Shown here: positions 19,845 to 20,000 of the stretch, piece after piece
How positions within the stretch are numbered: the stretch's first letter is position 1
How the letters are laid out: each line of letters begins with the position of its first letter
Origin: Chiloscyllium plagiosum
Lineage: Eukaryota
Assembly (NCBI RefSeq): GCF_004010195.1
Contig: NC_057719.1
Coordinates: 42,039,284 to 42,059,283 of the forward strand
Direction: 5' to 3'
Length of the DNA stretch: 20,000 nt
Notes under the pieces: model-generated
The model's database searches: none
What the model saw: the letters and a program-made list of their open reading frames with translations, nothing else
Told to the model about the DNA's origin: nothing
Made by a program: the position numbers and the translations under genes

Positions 19845-20000
19845 AAATGCTTCTGGATTAGTGGTGCTGGAAGAGTATAGCAGTTAAGGCAGCATCCAAG
19901 GAGCTTCGAAATCGACGTTTCGGGCAAAAGCCCTTCATCAGGAATAAAGGCAGTGAGCCTGAAGTGTGGAGAGATAAGCTAGAGGAGGGTGGGGGTCGGG
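19845..20000 (-). mobile_element. Terminal repeat of a PLE-derived element running off the window edge
   Basis: Same family as 12920-13010 and related to 11507-11680. Contains a hammerhead motif. Confidence 0.75.
19910..19945 (-). ncRNA. Minimal PLE-type hammerhead ribozyme motif (second family), intact core
   Basis: Reverse complement reads ATTC-CTGATGA-A-GGGC-tttt-GCCC-GAAA-CGTC-GATT, with palindromic stem III ACGU and a canonical GUC cleavage triplet. Confidence 0.75.

Overview
Vertebrate genomic DNA, not prokaryotic. The repeat content suggests a cartilaginous fish, probably a shark (inference). A large part of the window is retroelement-derived. CR1-clade LINEs: a near-full-length dead copy at ~13415-17526, a 5'-truncated copy at ~8597-11083 and several older 3' fragments. 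Also present are a tRNA-derived SINE, an HE1-like tail and several Penelope-like (PLE) derivatives. The PLE derivatives form long inverted repeats and carry minimal hammerhead-ribozyme motifs (CUGAUGA...GAAA with a palindromic 4-nt stem III). The unique DNA holds a chain of 7-8 short minus-strand GT-AG exons that splice in phase without stops into a ~220-aa partial protein with a hydrophobic, TM-like segment. I cannot name this gene. Two N-gaps lie inside CR1 copies and are flanked by duplicated sequence, probably an assembly artefact. Most ORFs in the supplied track are TE fragments, antisense shadows or exon read-through.
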